Below, in pieces: positions 1 through 8,366 of a DNA stretch of 33,488 nt. Position 1 is the first letter of the stretch, and the number at the start of each line of letters is the position of its first letter. Both the position numbers and the translations under genes were made by a program. Location: positions 62,001 through 95,488 of the forward strand of contig CAYUVA010000008.1 in NCBI GenBank assembly GCA_964448115.1. Reading direction: 5' to 3'. The notes below the pieces were generated by a model. The model saw nothing but the letters and a program-made list of their open reading frames with translations, did no database searches and was not told the origin of the DNA. Origin of the DNA: an uncultured bacterium (GTDB lineage Bacteria; CAYUVA01).

Positions 1-1
1 G

Positions 2-322
2 ATGAAGAACCTGGCTATGCGGGCTAGGTTTACCAAGATATCCGAGAGCCTGCGCGCTTCGAGGGGATCGTTAACCGACTCGGCTAAGGATGTTCTTACT
101 CATTATCCTATCGCTTATGAGATGCTCGTTACCGGTGAGGCATCAGGTCGGCTGCCGGAGATGATGCACAAGGCTGGAGTACTGATGATGCAGGAAACAG
201 AGGATATGATCAAGGATAGGCTGAAGATACTCGGTTTGCTCGCATTCCTGATGGTAGCTGCTTACATCGCCTATATCGTGATAAGCAGCTACGCAGCCTA
301 CTACCAAGGACTACCTTACTAG
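2..322 (+). CDS. Type II secretion system F / PilC-family inner membrane platform protein, C-terminal part (truncated by window edge)
   Basis: 'MLVTGEASGRLPEMM' matches the GE-x-G-x-L motif of GspF/PilC domains and is followed by a C-terminal TM helix (ILGLLAFLMVAAYIAYIVI). The ORF runs off the left edge. Confidence 0.75.
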   Translation: MKNLAMRARFTKISESLRASRGSLTDSAKDVLTHYPIAYEMLVTGEASGRLPEMMHKAGVLMMQETEDMIKDRLKILGLLAFLMVAAYIAYIVISSYAAYYQGLPY

Positions 323-404
323 TTTTCCCATAGGCTCGGTTATTTTTTATAGGGAGTATAATGATGGCTGCCAGGGGTTGACAATTAAAATGTTGTTTAA
401 TTAT

Positions 405-433
405 TTGACTTTTCACCGTTCGCATGATATATT
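405..433 (+). promoter_or_regulatory. Putative sigma70 promoter for the PP2C phosphatase gene
   Basis: TTGACT (405-410), 17-nt spacer, TATATT (428-433) with an extended -10 TG, about 20 nt upstream of ATG 453. Confidence 0.5.
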
Positions 434-452
434 TAAAATAAGAAGTAAGCGG

Positions 453-1202
453 ATGAATGTAACCTACACAGCCCTCACCGATATCGGCAGAGTAAGGAGT
501 ATCAACGAGGACGCATTTCTTGTCGAGCCGGAGCTGAACCTTTTCGTTGTCGCAGATGGGATGGGGGGGCACGCTGCCGGCGATGTGGCAAGTAAACTGG
601 CGCTCAAATCACTAGTCCGCTCATATCGTGCTCAGCTAGTTGCACTAAAAAAAGCAGCAAAACAAAGGACAGCCGATCATGTCCTGCGAAGAGCTATAAA
701 TACAGCCAATCGAAAGGTCTTTAACCAGTCGAATGCAAAATCGCACTTAAATGGCATGGGTACTACCATAGTCGGGATTTTGCTCCAAGACTCGACAGCC
801 TTCATATTCCATGTCGGCGACAGCAGGGCATACCTTATCAGGCAGGATGAGATCGAGCTGTTAACCAGCGATCACTCCTGGGTCAATATGCAGGTAAAGC
901 AGGGTAAATTAAACGAAGAGGATGCCAGGCACCATCCGCTGAAAAATGTCATTACCAAAGCGCTGGGAATTCATAAAAAGGTAGAACCGGATATCGAGAT
1001 GCGATCCATCAAATCAGGCGATATCATTCTTCTATGCAGCGATGGCATCAACAATATGCTTGAAGATAATGAGATCCTGGGCATCATCATTGATTCATCG
1101 GGTCTCGATGCCGCTGCGGGGAGGCTTATCGAGACTGCCAACAATCGCGGTGGTGATGATAATTCTACTGTGTTGCTGGTCAAGGTTCATGATTCAGGTT
1201 GA
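453..1202 (+). CDS. PP2C-type Ser/Thr protein phosphatase (Stp1/PrpC family)
   Basis: Motifs TDIGRVRSINED, VVADGMGGH, GMGTT, HVGDSRAY, LLCSDG and GGDDNST. ATG 453 is preferred over TTG 378, which lies upstream of the promoter. Confidence 0.93.
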   Translation: MNVTYTALTDIGRVRSINEDAFLVEPELNLFVVADGMGGHAAGDVASKLALKSLVRSYRAQLVALKKAAKQRTADHVLRRAINTANRKVFNQSNAKSHLNGMGTTIVGILLQDSTAFIFHVGDSRAYLIRQDEIELLTSDHSWVNMQVKQGKLNEEDARHHPLKNVITKALGIHKKVEPDIEMRSIKSGDIILLCSDGINNMLEDNEILGIIIDSSGLDAAAGRLIETANNRGGDDNSTVLLVKVHDSG

Positions 1203-1205
1203 TAG

Positions 1206-2537
1206 TTATGCCTGGTGATTCTTCTGTTCTATCAGGCTATCTATTATAGCAAGGTTCTTGGATAGCGCCCCCAGGTTGCCGACAATGACTTCCTCAGCGC
1301 ACTTTCCGAGTTTCTTTCTTTTTTGCTCATCGCTTAAAAGATCCAGCGCCACCTCGTAGAATTCCTTGTGATCTTTTACCTGCAAGCCGCAGCCAGCATT
1401 AAGCAAAAGATCCCTTCCCTCCTTGAAGTTATTCATAAACGGACCGAAGATGACCGGCTTGCATAAGGCAGCCGGCTCGAAGATATTATGTCCGCCGTGG
1501 GGGATGAGGCTTCCGCCGATAAAGATGATGTCGCCGATGGTGTATAGCGTGGAAAGCTCTCCAATAGTGTCAAGTATGATCACCTCAAGGTCCTTGGAAA
1601 TCTTCCAATCCTCCGGATTGCCCTCCAGTTGGCGGCGTTTTAAGAAGGGGATCTTCTGCTCTGAAAGGTATCTGGCTACCTCATCGACCCTCTCCAGTCG
1701 CCTGGGAGCTATGATCAAAAGTAGTTGAGGGAACTTCCTGCGCAACTTTTGGAATACCTTGATACCGATCTCCTCTTCATTATAGTGGGTGCTTCCCAGG
1801 ATCATAATCAGGCGATCGGCTGGTATCCTCAGCTCTTTTCGCATCTGGTCTCCGTGCTTAAGTCGCTCCCTTGCCTCGGAGACAGCTCGTTCGTACTTAA
1901 GGTTGCCGGTGGTGGTTACTTTCCGGGGATCTGCTCCCAGCTTGACGATCCTCTGAGCATCGAGATCCGATTGCATACAGAAATGTTGGATGTGCCCTAG
2001 GAATCGCTTCATGCAGCAGTGTACCAGCTTATATCGCCGATAGGAGTGATCAGAGATCCTCCCATTTACCATGATCACTGGTATATTTAACTTGCTTGCA
2101 CGGCTGATGAAGTTCGGCCAGATCTCGGTTTCCATAAGGAGAATAAGCGAGGGATCGATCTGCTTGAAAACCCGTCTTATTACTCCATAAAAATCGAGCG
2201 GAAAATAAATGATAAAATCCGCATTGGGCACCTCGTCCTTGGCTAGCGCATGTCCGGCTTCGGTGGTGGTGGATACGAGCACCTTGTATTGCGGGTATCT
2301 GATCTTGAAGCTGTCAAGGATAGGCCTGGCAGCCTGCAGTTCGCCAACGCTCACCGCATGAACCCATAATATTTCACCATTTTCTTTGAGTTTTCGTTTT
2401 AGCTTACCAGGATAGAAACCGAATCGTTGAAATAGACCGCTGCGGAATCGGCGGGTGAAGATCATCCGCACCAGGCTGTAAAGAAAGATAAATGGAGCTG
2501 ACAGGTAGGCTAACAAATTGTACAATAGCAACATCAT
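1206..2537 (-). CDS. waaA: 3-deoxy-D-manno-octulosonic acid (Kdo) transferase
   Basis: N-terminal TM anchor, WVHAVSVGE, YFPLD, METEIWPN, NGRISDHS, GSTH, DTIGEL, GGSLIPHGGHNIFEPA and GPFMNNF. Confidence 0.95.
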   Translation of the reverse strand: MMLLLYNLLAYLSAPFIFLYSLVRMIFTRRFRSGLFQRFGFYPGKLKRKLKENGEILWVHAVSVGELQAARPILDSFKIRYPQYKVLVSTTTEAGHALAKDEVPNADFIIYFPLDFYGVIRRVFKQIDPSLILLMETEIWPNFISRASKLNIPVIMVNGRISDHSYRRYKLVHCCMKRFLGHIQHFCMQSDLDAQRIVKLGADPRKVTTTGNLKYERAVSEARERLKHGDQMRKELRIPADRLIMILGSTHYNEEEIGIKVFQKLRRKFPQLLLIIAPRRLERVDEVARYLSEQKIPFLKRRQLEGNPEDWKISKDLEVIILDTIGELSTLYTIGDIIFIGGSLIPHGGHNIFEPAALCKPVIFGPFMNNFKEGRDLLLNAGCGLQVKDHKEFYEVALDLLSDEQKRKKLGKCAEEVIVGNLGALSKNLAIIDSLIEQKNHQA

Positions 2538-3208
2538 CTCTTGAAGTACGAATCTACCTGCTCTGTAAGGCGGTTCAACGAGGCTTCCAGTGCCTTTCTT
2601 TTCTCTTCCAACTGCACCTCATCAGCTTGACTGGGAACGAATATCGGCTCTCCCCATAAGAATAATCCACCGCTAAAGGGGAGCGGAACCATGAATCGAT
2701 CCCAGCTATTCAACAACTTTGCCTTCGATGTCCCGAAGGAGACTGGTATTATAGCAGCCGAGCTTAGCTTGGCAAGCGCGATGATACCCATCTGTGCCTT
2801 TTGTGCTGGTCCCCTTGGTCCATCGGGGGTTATGCAATTTACCTTCCCTTGCCTGGCGATTCTTACCATCGATTTTAGAGCCTTACTACCGCCGTGGGTA
2901 GTGGAGCCTCTGACCGTGTGATATCCGAAGCGCTCGACCACCCTTGCGATCATCTCGCCGTCCTTGTGCTCGCTGATCATGATATGTACCTCATGAGGAT
3001 GCGGATATACATAAGGCATAAGCAACAACCTGCTATGCCAGAATGCTATTATATGAGGAGTACCCTCATCAAGCAACCGCTGCAGGTGCTCGGTGCCATG
3101 ATGCTCGATGCGCATTGTCGCTTTCAGACCGGCTAACAAGCATCTACCCAGGCAGCCGAATAAGCGCCAACCAACCTCGATTAGCATACCCTTAAACCGA
3201 GCAAACAT
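2534..3208 (-). CDS. DUF374 lysophospholipid acyltransferase-family protein (LpxJ-like lipid A acyltransferase candidate)
   Basis: AFWH, ISEHKDGE, VRGSTTHGG, TPDGPRGP and SWDRFMVPLPF. Its stop overlaps the waaA start (ATGA coupling). Confidence 0.85.
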   Translation of the reverse strand: MFARFKGMLIEVGWRLFGCLGRCLLAGLKATMRIEHHGTEHLQRLLDEGTPHIIAFWHSRLLLMPYVYPHPHEVHIMISEHKDGEMIARVVERFGYHTVRGSTTHGGSKALKSMVRIARQGKVNCITPDGPRGPAQKAQMGIIALAKLSSAAIIPVSFGTSKAKLLNSWDRFMVPLPFSGGLFLWGEPIFVPSQADEVQLEEKRKALEASLNRLTEQVDSYFKR

Positions 3209-3239
3209 CCCTTATCCTCTCCGTATCCTCCCCATGACA

Positions 3240-4388
3240 TCAGCGGATCATGCAACACTTATTGCACAGGGGAAACAGCTTCGCTTTTTTCAGCTTCCTG
3301 CGAAGGCTACAATAAGCCGGCGAGTTCCAGACCTCCCTTATCGAGCTTTCTCGTATATTACCCAACGATATGCCCAAGAATCCCAACGGGATGCATGGAT
3401 AGACATCACCATAGGGGCTGATCACCATGACCTGCCAGGGATAGTGGCAATGTGTAGCCAGCTTAAAGCTGAAATCGTTGTGATATCTTGAGATATCTTC
3501 AGCATTCCTGAGCATGGTTAGATTAACCGTGATCCCTTTGGCTTTCGCCTTTGACTCGATCGCTTTGAGCTGTTCAGCGACCACCTCGCCATCGATATCT
3601 AAACAATCTGCCGGCAGGCTAGCGGAGCCTAGGAGGGGAACCTGCTGGTCTGCCTCTAGTATCTGCCTTGTCCTCTCAACCGCATTATCATCCGTAAATA
3701 CGAGGTTGCCGAAGCCGATCCGATTAATACCCCAGGAAGTAACCATGTCGAAGGTCTCCTCCAGGTGATCCTGGTTGGCAGGTAGGATAAGTATGAAGAC
3801 GCTGAGCAATTTGTCCCCTTTGCCCATCTTCCTACCCGAACTTAAAAGTCGCTCGATGCCAAGTTTAGCCTTCTGGAAGGCGCCCTCTATCATACAGACC
3901 CGGTCATGGATAGCTTCGGGTCCATAGATGCTTATTCCCAGATCATCGACCAGCGAGTGCACTCTCTTGGCGTTCTCCTCGGTGATGAAGGTGCCATTGG
4001 TGATCATGCTTACGATCATCGAGTGCGACTTTATCTGTTCAGCTATCTCGAAGAAGTCGGCTCTTAGCATCGGCTCTCCGCCGTGCAACGCAAAGACCTT
4101 AGTCCTCATGGCAGCGGCATCCTTAATAAGAACTTTTATCTCATCGAGGGTCAATTCCTTATCATATAACTTGCTCAGGTTGCGGTTGACCTGCTTATAT
4201 ATCTGGGGACGGTGATGATAGCACATCTCGCAGCGCAGGTTACACCGATAGGTAAGGTTCAGAGCTACGGATAAAGGCGGGAAGGCTCTACCTGACAAGA
4301 GTTGGTAAGGGATCTCAGCATAGACATGGGATAAAAAGCCCTGCACTCTTGGATTGCTCTTCAGTCTGGTTATCAATCCTTCAAACAT
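3240..4388 (-). CDS. Radical SAM protein with SPASM/Twitch domain
   Basis: CNLRCEMC (CxxxCxxC), GGEP, TNG, and C-terminal CHYPW...GDVYPC...GNI...CNKCC. Confidence 0.9.
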   Translation of the reverse strand: MFEGLITRLKSNPRVQGFLSHVYAEIPYQLLSGRAFPPLSVALNLTYRCNLRCEMCYHHRPQIYKQVNRNLSKLYDKELTLDEIKVLIKDAAAMRTKVFALHGGEPMLRADFFEIAEQIKSHSMIVSMITNGTFITEENAKRVHSLVDDLGISIYGPEAIHDRVCMIEGAFQKAKLGIERLLSSGRKMGKGDKLLSVFILILPANQDHLEETFDMVTSWGINRIGFGNLVFTDDNAVERTRQILEADQQVPLLGSASLPADCLDIDGEVVAEQLKAIESKAKAKGITVNLTMLRNAEDISRYHNDFSFKLATHCHYPWQVMVISPYGDVYPCIPLGFLGISLGNIRESSIREVWNSPAYCSLRRKLKKAKLFPLCNKCCMIR

Positions 4389-4456
4389 AGCAATTTAATC
4401 TAGCCTATGCGTTCGACTAAGGCAAATTGGGGAGACCAGGTGGCGCTATAACTTGG

Positions 4457-4542
4457 GAGGCTTGAGGTTTGAGGCTTAAGGTGGGGGAGTTTTTTACACA
4501 CACACACACAAAGGCACGAAAAGTTTTTTCCCTTGTGCCTTT
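4457..4542. repeat. Simple-repeat and hairpin cluster between the divergent rSAM and gdhA genes
   Basis: (GAGGYTT)x3 at 4457-4477, an (AC)n tract at 4496-4510, and inverted repeat AAAGGCAC...GTGCCTTT at about 4510-4542. Confidence 0.6.
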
Positions 4543-4558
4543 ACGGCGGATTTTAGTA

Positions 4559-4586
4559 TTGACAAAATGTTTCTATGAAGTATAAA
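4559..4586 (+). promoter_or_regulatory. Putative sigma70 promoter of gdhA
   Basis: TTGACA (4559-4564), 16 nt, TATAAA (4581-4586). An RBS AAGGAG precedes ATG 4634. Confidence 0.5.
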
Positions 4587-4633
4587 TAGCAGCGCCTAAT
4601 CGGGATTTTGTTTTGCAGAACAAGGAGACGGAA

Positions 4634-5896
4634 ATGGCAAATGAAACGAGTCTTTTTGATAGTGTAAAAAGGCAACTTGATAAAGCAGCGGATCTGATGA
4701 ACCTGGATCAGGATATCAGGCGGATTCTATCGCGCACGACAAACGAGATCGTGGTCAACTTCCCCGTCAAGATGGATGACGGCAGCATCCAGATGTTCAC
4801 CGGCTATCGGGTACAACACAACGATGTAATCGGTCCCTTCAAGGGTGGTCTTCGCTTTCATCCCCAGGTGAATATCGACGAGGTTCGCGCGCTGGCATCC
4901 TGGATGACCTGGAAGGGGGCACTGACCGGGATCCCCTTCGGCGGAGCAAAGGGTGGCATCCAGATGGATCCCCATAATTACTCACTGCGGGAGCTGGAGA
5001 GGATAACCAGAAGGTTCACTTATGCGCTAGGCAATGTGATCGGTCCTGAGTACGATATACCAGCGCCGGATGTTAATACTAATCCCCAGATCATGGCGTG
5101 GATTCTTGATACCTACCTCGGCATGATGCCTCCCCATGAGCGCAATCGCAGCGTGCATGTGGTTACTGGCAAGCCTCTTGGAGCTGGCGGCTCAAAAGGG
5201 AGAGACAAGGCAACCGGGCAAGGGCTTGTATTCACCATCGAACAATGGGCTAAAGATGCTAATTTCTCGCTCAATGGCGCTACCTACTTCGTACAGGGCT
5301 TCGGCAATGTCGGTTCATGGGCAGCGAGGCTACTGAAGCCTCACGGATCGGTGCTGATAGCGGTCGAGGATCACACCGGTGCGATCGCCAACCCGAACGG
5401 CATCGATGCTGATGAGCTTACCGCTTATGTAGCACAGCACGGTGGGATCAAGGGTTATGCCAAGGCGGAACCTATCGATCACCAGACATTCCTGAAGACC
5501 AAGGCGGATATATTCATCCCAGCAGCGCTGGAAACGCAGATCACAAAAGAGACCGCCACATGGCTCGATGTAAAGCTGGTGGCCGAGGGCGCTAATGGAC
5601 CGACCACCCCAGAGGGCGATGAGATCCTCCATGAGCGAGGTATCAACCTAATCCCGGATATCTTGTGCAACTCGGGTGGTGTCATCGTCAGCTACTTTGA
5701 GTGGCTGCAGAACAAGAGAAGCGAGTACTGGGACCTGGAGGATGTCGATCGCAAGCTGAACAAGATCATCGTTGATGCCTACAAGCGAGTCGGTGAGGCA
5801 GCAAATGAGTTCGATACAGACTGGAGATCGGCTGCATATATTGTGGCACTAAGGAAGTTGGAGCAGATATACAAGACGCGCGGCATCTTCCCCTGA
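4634..5896 (+). CDS. gdhA: Glutamate dehydrogenase (Glu/Leu/Phe/Val dehydrogenase family)
   Basis: GYRVQHN, GPFKGGLRFHP, GGAKGGI, DIPAPDVNT, VTGKP, QGFGNVG, EGANGPTT and GGVIVSYFEW. The RBS supports ATG 4634. Confidence 0.93.
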   Translation: MANETSLFDSVKRQLDKAADLMNLDQDIRRILSRTTNEIVVNFPVKMDDGSIQMFTGYRVQHNDVIGPFKGGLRFHPQVNIDEVRALASWMTWKGALTGIPFGGAKGGIQMDPHNYSLRELERITRRFTYALGNVIGPEYDIPAPDVNTNPQIMAWILDTYLGMMPPHERNRSVHVVTGKPLGAGGSKGRDKATGQGLVFTIEQWAKDANFSLNGATYFVQGFGNVGSWAARLLKPHGSVLIAVEDHTGAIANPNGIDADELTAYVAQHGGIKGYAKAEPIDHQTFLKTKADIFIPAALETQITKETATWLDVKLVAEGANGPTTPEGDEILHERGINLIPDILCNSGGVIVSYFEWLQNKRSEYWDLEDVDRKLNKIIVDAYKRVGEAANEFDTDWRSAAYIVALRKLEQIYKTRGIFP

Positions 5897-6075
5897 TAGA
5901 AGAAGATAATAGGTTTGCTATTGAAGTCTGGAGCATGAATGAAAATCGAGGGGTGGTACATGTTTTCACCCCTTAAATGATAATAAGAAACGGATCCTGG
6001 ATAAAATTGACCAGCTAATGGATCTATGCTATGTATTTAACATGACTAAACTAGTGTCTATGGGGAAGAGAACCG

Positions 6076-7554
6076 ATGTTTAGATATACATTAGCAGCGG
6101 CTGTATCATTACTGCTGACTATTGTGCCAGGACTCTCGCTTGCACAACAGGATCCGGGTGTCATGGGCAACTATGGTCAAACCTCCATCTTCGTTCGAAT
6201 AAACGACACGATAGATACAAATATCTACTATCCGGGGAGCGAGGGAGTAGTTGATCCATCCGGTGCCCCATATCCGGTTATAGTGCTTGCACATGCCCAG
6301 CTTGGCTTGCCGGCGCAACAGGTAGGCACCGGCGAACACCTTGCCAGTTGGGGGTACATAGTCCTTGTCCCGCGAGTTGCGGGCACCGACTACAACACAA
6401 ATGCCGGCATCATGCAGACCGTGCTCACCTATATAATAAATCAAAACGGCAACCCGATGAGCATGTGGTATCAGAATGTGAATACGACCAAGGTGGGCAT
6501 GGCGGGACACAGAAGGGGAGGATTATCTGCAATAATCGTTACTAAAAATGATGCTCGGGTAGATGTTTTATGCTTGCTCGACTGCCAGGATAATGCCGGA
6601 GAGGGAGCTGGCCACATGTTCGCCATCCATAAACCTGTGATGGTGGAGATGGCGGAGGCAAGCTCATGCAATGATAACGGCAGCGCTGCCCAGATATATA
6701 CCAATGCCTACTCCCCAAAGTACAAAATGAAACTGATCAATGGATCATCCTGCGACTTCGAGAACCCGACCACCGCACTATGCACCTTTTCCTGCGGTGA
6801 TGACCACGAGTATCGACATTATCTGGCCAAAAAGTACATGACAGCATGGTTCAACGCCTATCTGGCAGGCAATACAGCTTATTTCATCTATCTCACCGGC
6901 AGCTATGCTTATGATGATGTAGCCAACGGTTATGTAGAGATCGATCACCTGGGCGTTCCTTTAATTCCGACCTTTACGCCTACCGAGACCGTTGGACCGA
7001 CTAACACGGCGACTCCATCTCCGACTCGCACCGGGATGCCGACCTGGACTCCGACCAACACCTGGCCGGCAACCCCGACATTCACCCCGTCTCCGAGCAA
7101 GACGGTAACCCCGACCTTCACTCCTACCATAACCAAGTCAGCGACCCCTACGCCATCGGTCAATCCGAGCCACTCCTCCACACCGACGCCGACTCCATCA
7201 TTTACCCCGACCAAGAACCCGACCCCGGATCATCCATTCCCCATGATCTACTTAGGCGGTTACTGGGATACTTATATAGACCGAGCAAACGGCGGACAGA
7301 TGACATTGATCGCTTTTTTAGTTGATCGTGAGAACGATGTCGCTCGAGTCGATATCCTGTATAACGGGTATCCAACCGGCTTGATGTTGTTCGACAACGG
7401 CACCAATGGCGACTGGAAGCCGGGGGATAGTCTGCACACCTACTCGATGCTTATCGGCGCTGGGCTGCCGGAGAATAACTGGCTCTTGCAGCTACGCGCC
7501 ATCGACCTCGGTTCACGGCAAAGCGAGATGTGGCCATATCTGGTGGTCAAATAA
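6076..7554 (+). CDS. Secreted alpha/beta-hydrolase-fold protein (chlorophyllase/dienelactone-hydrolase-like, apparently catalytically degenerate) with a Pro/Thr linker and a C-terminal 'WPYL' domain
   Basis: Signal peptide (...PGLSLA-QQ), IYYP...YPVIVLAH, HLASWGYIVLVP, and a nucleophile elbow reading GHRRGG, then a long PT linker and a C-terminal domain shared with 13328..15199. Confidence 0.75.
   Translation: MFRYTLAAAVSLLLTIVPGLSLAQQDPGVMGNYGQTSIFVRINDTIDTNIYYPGSEGVVDPSGAPYPVIVLAHAQLGLPAQQVGTGEHLASWGYIVLVPRVAGTDYNTNAGIMQTVLTYIINQNGNPMSMWYQNVNTTKVGMAGHRRGGLSAIIVTKNDARVDVLCLLDCQDNAGEGAGHMFAIHKPVMVEMAEASSCNDNGSAAQIYTNAYSPKYKMKLINGSSCDFENPTTALCTFSCGDDHEYRHYLAKKYMTAWFNAYLAGNTAYFIYLTGSYAYDDVANGYVEIDHLGVPLIPTFTPTETVGPTNTATPSPTRTGMPTWTPTNTWPATPTFTPSPSKTVTPTFTPTITKSATPTPSVNPSHSSTPTPTPSFTPTKNPTPDHPFPMIYLGGYWDTYIDRANGGQMTLIAFLVDRENDVARVDILYNGYPTGLMLFDNGTNGDWKPGDSLHTYSMLIGAGLPENNWLLQLRAIDLGSRQSEMWPYLVVK
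6967..7230 (+). repeat. Pro/Thr-rich low-complexity linker (TPT/TPS repeats)
   Basis: PTFTPTETVGPTNTATPSPTRT...TPTPTPSFTPTKNPTPD in the translation. Confidence 0.85.
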
Positions 7555-7658
7555 GTTTTGGTTGCAACTCATCTGTGGTCAGAGAAATACCAGTAGGAGA
7601 TCCCTCCACGGTTACATCTACCAGTGCTTCCAAATCCTAGAAGCAGTGAAGCAATTAC

Positions 7659-8363
7659 TTAACACATAGATTGTATTTTATCCTCATATCGGCAGATGGG
7701 AGATAATGGGCAACCTTCACATAGGGGATTCTTTCTACAGTGCTGCTGGGCGCATCTGACTAGAAGGGCATGGTACTCATAATAAAGCCGTATGCCTTGG
7801 GGAAGATTGTCGATGAACAGGCTCTGTAGTCCTTTATAAGAGATGTTCGATTCACAAAGCCCCAACCTGCTTAATATCCGCCTGGTATAGGCATCGATTA
7901 CGAAAGTCGGCTTTTTAGCTGCATATAGGATAATAGAGTCAGCCGTCTCCTCCCCGATACCCCATATAGATAACAGCTTCTCCCTTAGCTCATCGACTGG
8001 TAGCTCGAATAGTTCATCAAGGCTCCCATTGAATTCACGGTATAAAAACCCGGTGAACTCCTTGAGCTTCCTCGCCTTGGCATTGTAATAGCCAGCAGGG
8101 AGGATATGCTTGATAAGCTGGTCTTTCTCTAGCTTATTGATACGCTCAACAGAAAGCAGATCCGCATCCTTGAGGTTTTCGAGTGCTTTTTTGACATTCG
8201 ACCAGTTCGTGTTCTGGGTCAGGATCGCGCCAACCACCACCTCGAAATCGCTTTCTCGCGGCCACCAGTCCATGTAGCCGAAGCGATCGTAAAGCCTGAC
8301 AAATATCTCCAGTAAGGTTTCTCGAAGCGATGATTGTCCTTGTTGCAATGACATGGGCAGCAA
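7659..8363 (-). CDS. HhH-GPD DNA glycosylase, endonuclease III-related, with a 4Fe-4S motif
   Basis: WWP...FEVVVGAILTQNTNW, HhH LLSIWGIGEETADSI, VIDAYTRR and C-terminal CRKNPLCEGCPLSPIC. The start may be ATG 8354. Confidence 0.88.
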   Translation of the reverse strand: MLPMSLQQGQSSLRETLLEIFVRLYDRFGYMDWWPRESDFEVVVGAILTQNTNWSNVKKALENLKDADLLSVERINKLEKDQLIKHILPAGYYNAKARKLKEFTGFLYREFNGSLDELFELPVDELREKLLSIWGIGEETADSIILYAAKKPTFVIDAYTRRILSRLGLCESNISYKGLQSLFIDNLPQGIRLYYEYHALLVRCAQQHCRKNPLCEGCPLSPICRYEDKIQSMC

Positions 8364-8366
8364 ATA

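Noticed and set aside
378-452. Upstream near-cognate start extensions in the ORF track (also 4613, 13283, 24323, 27576)
   Set aside because: They overlap promoter or RBS sequence or precede the conserved N-terminus. Downstream ATGs fit the family N-termini and, in most cases, an RBS.
6945-7214. Antisense Val/Gly-rich ORF
   Set aside because: Mirror translation of the Pro/Thr linker on the + strand.
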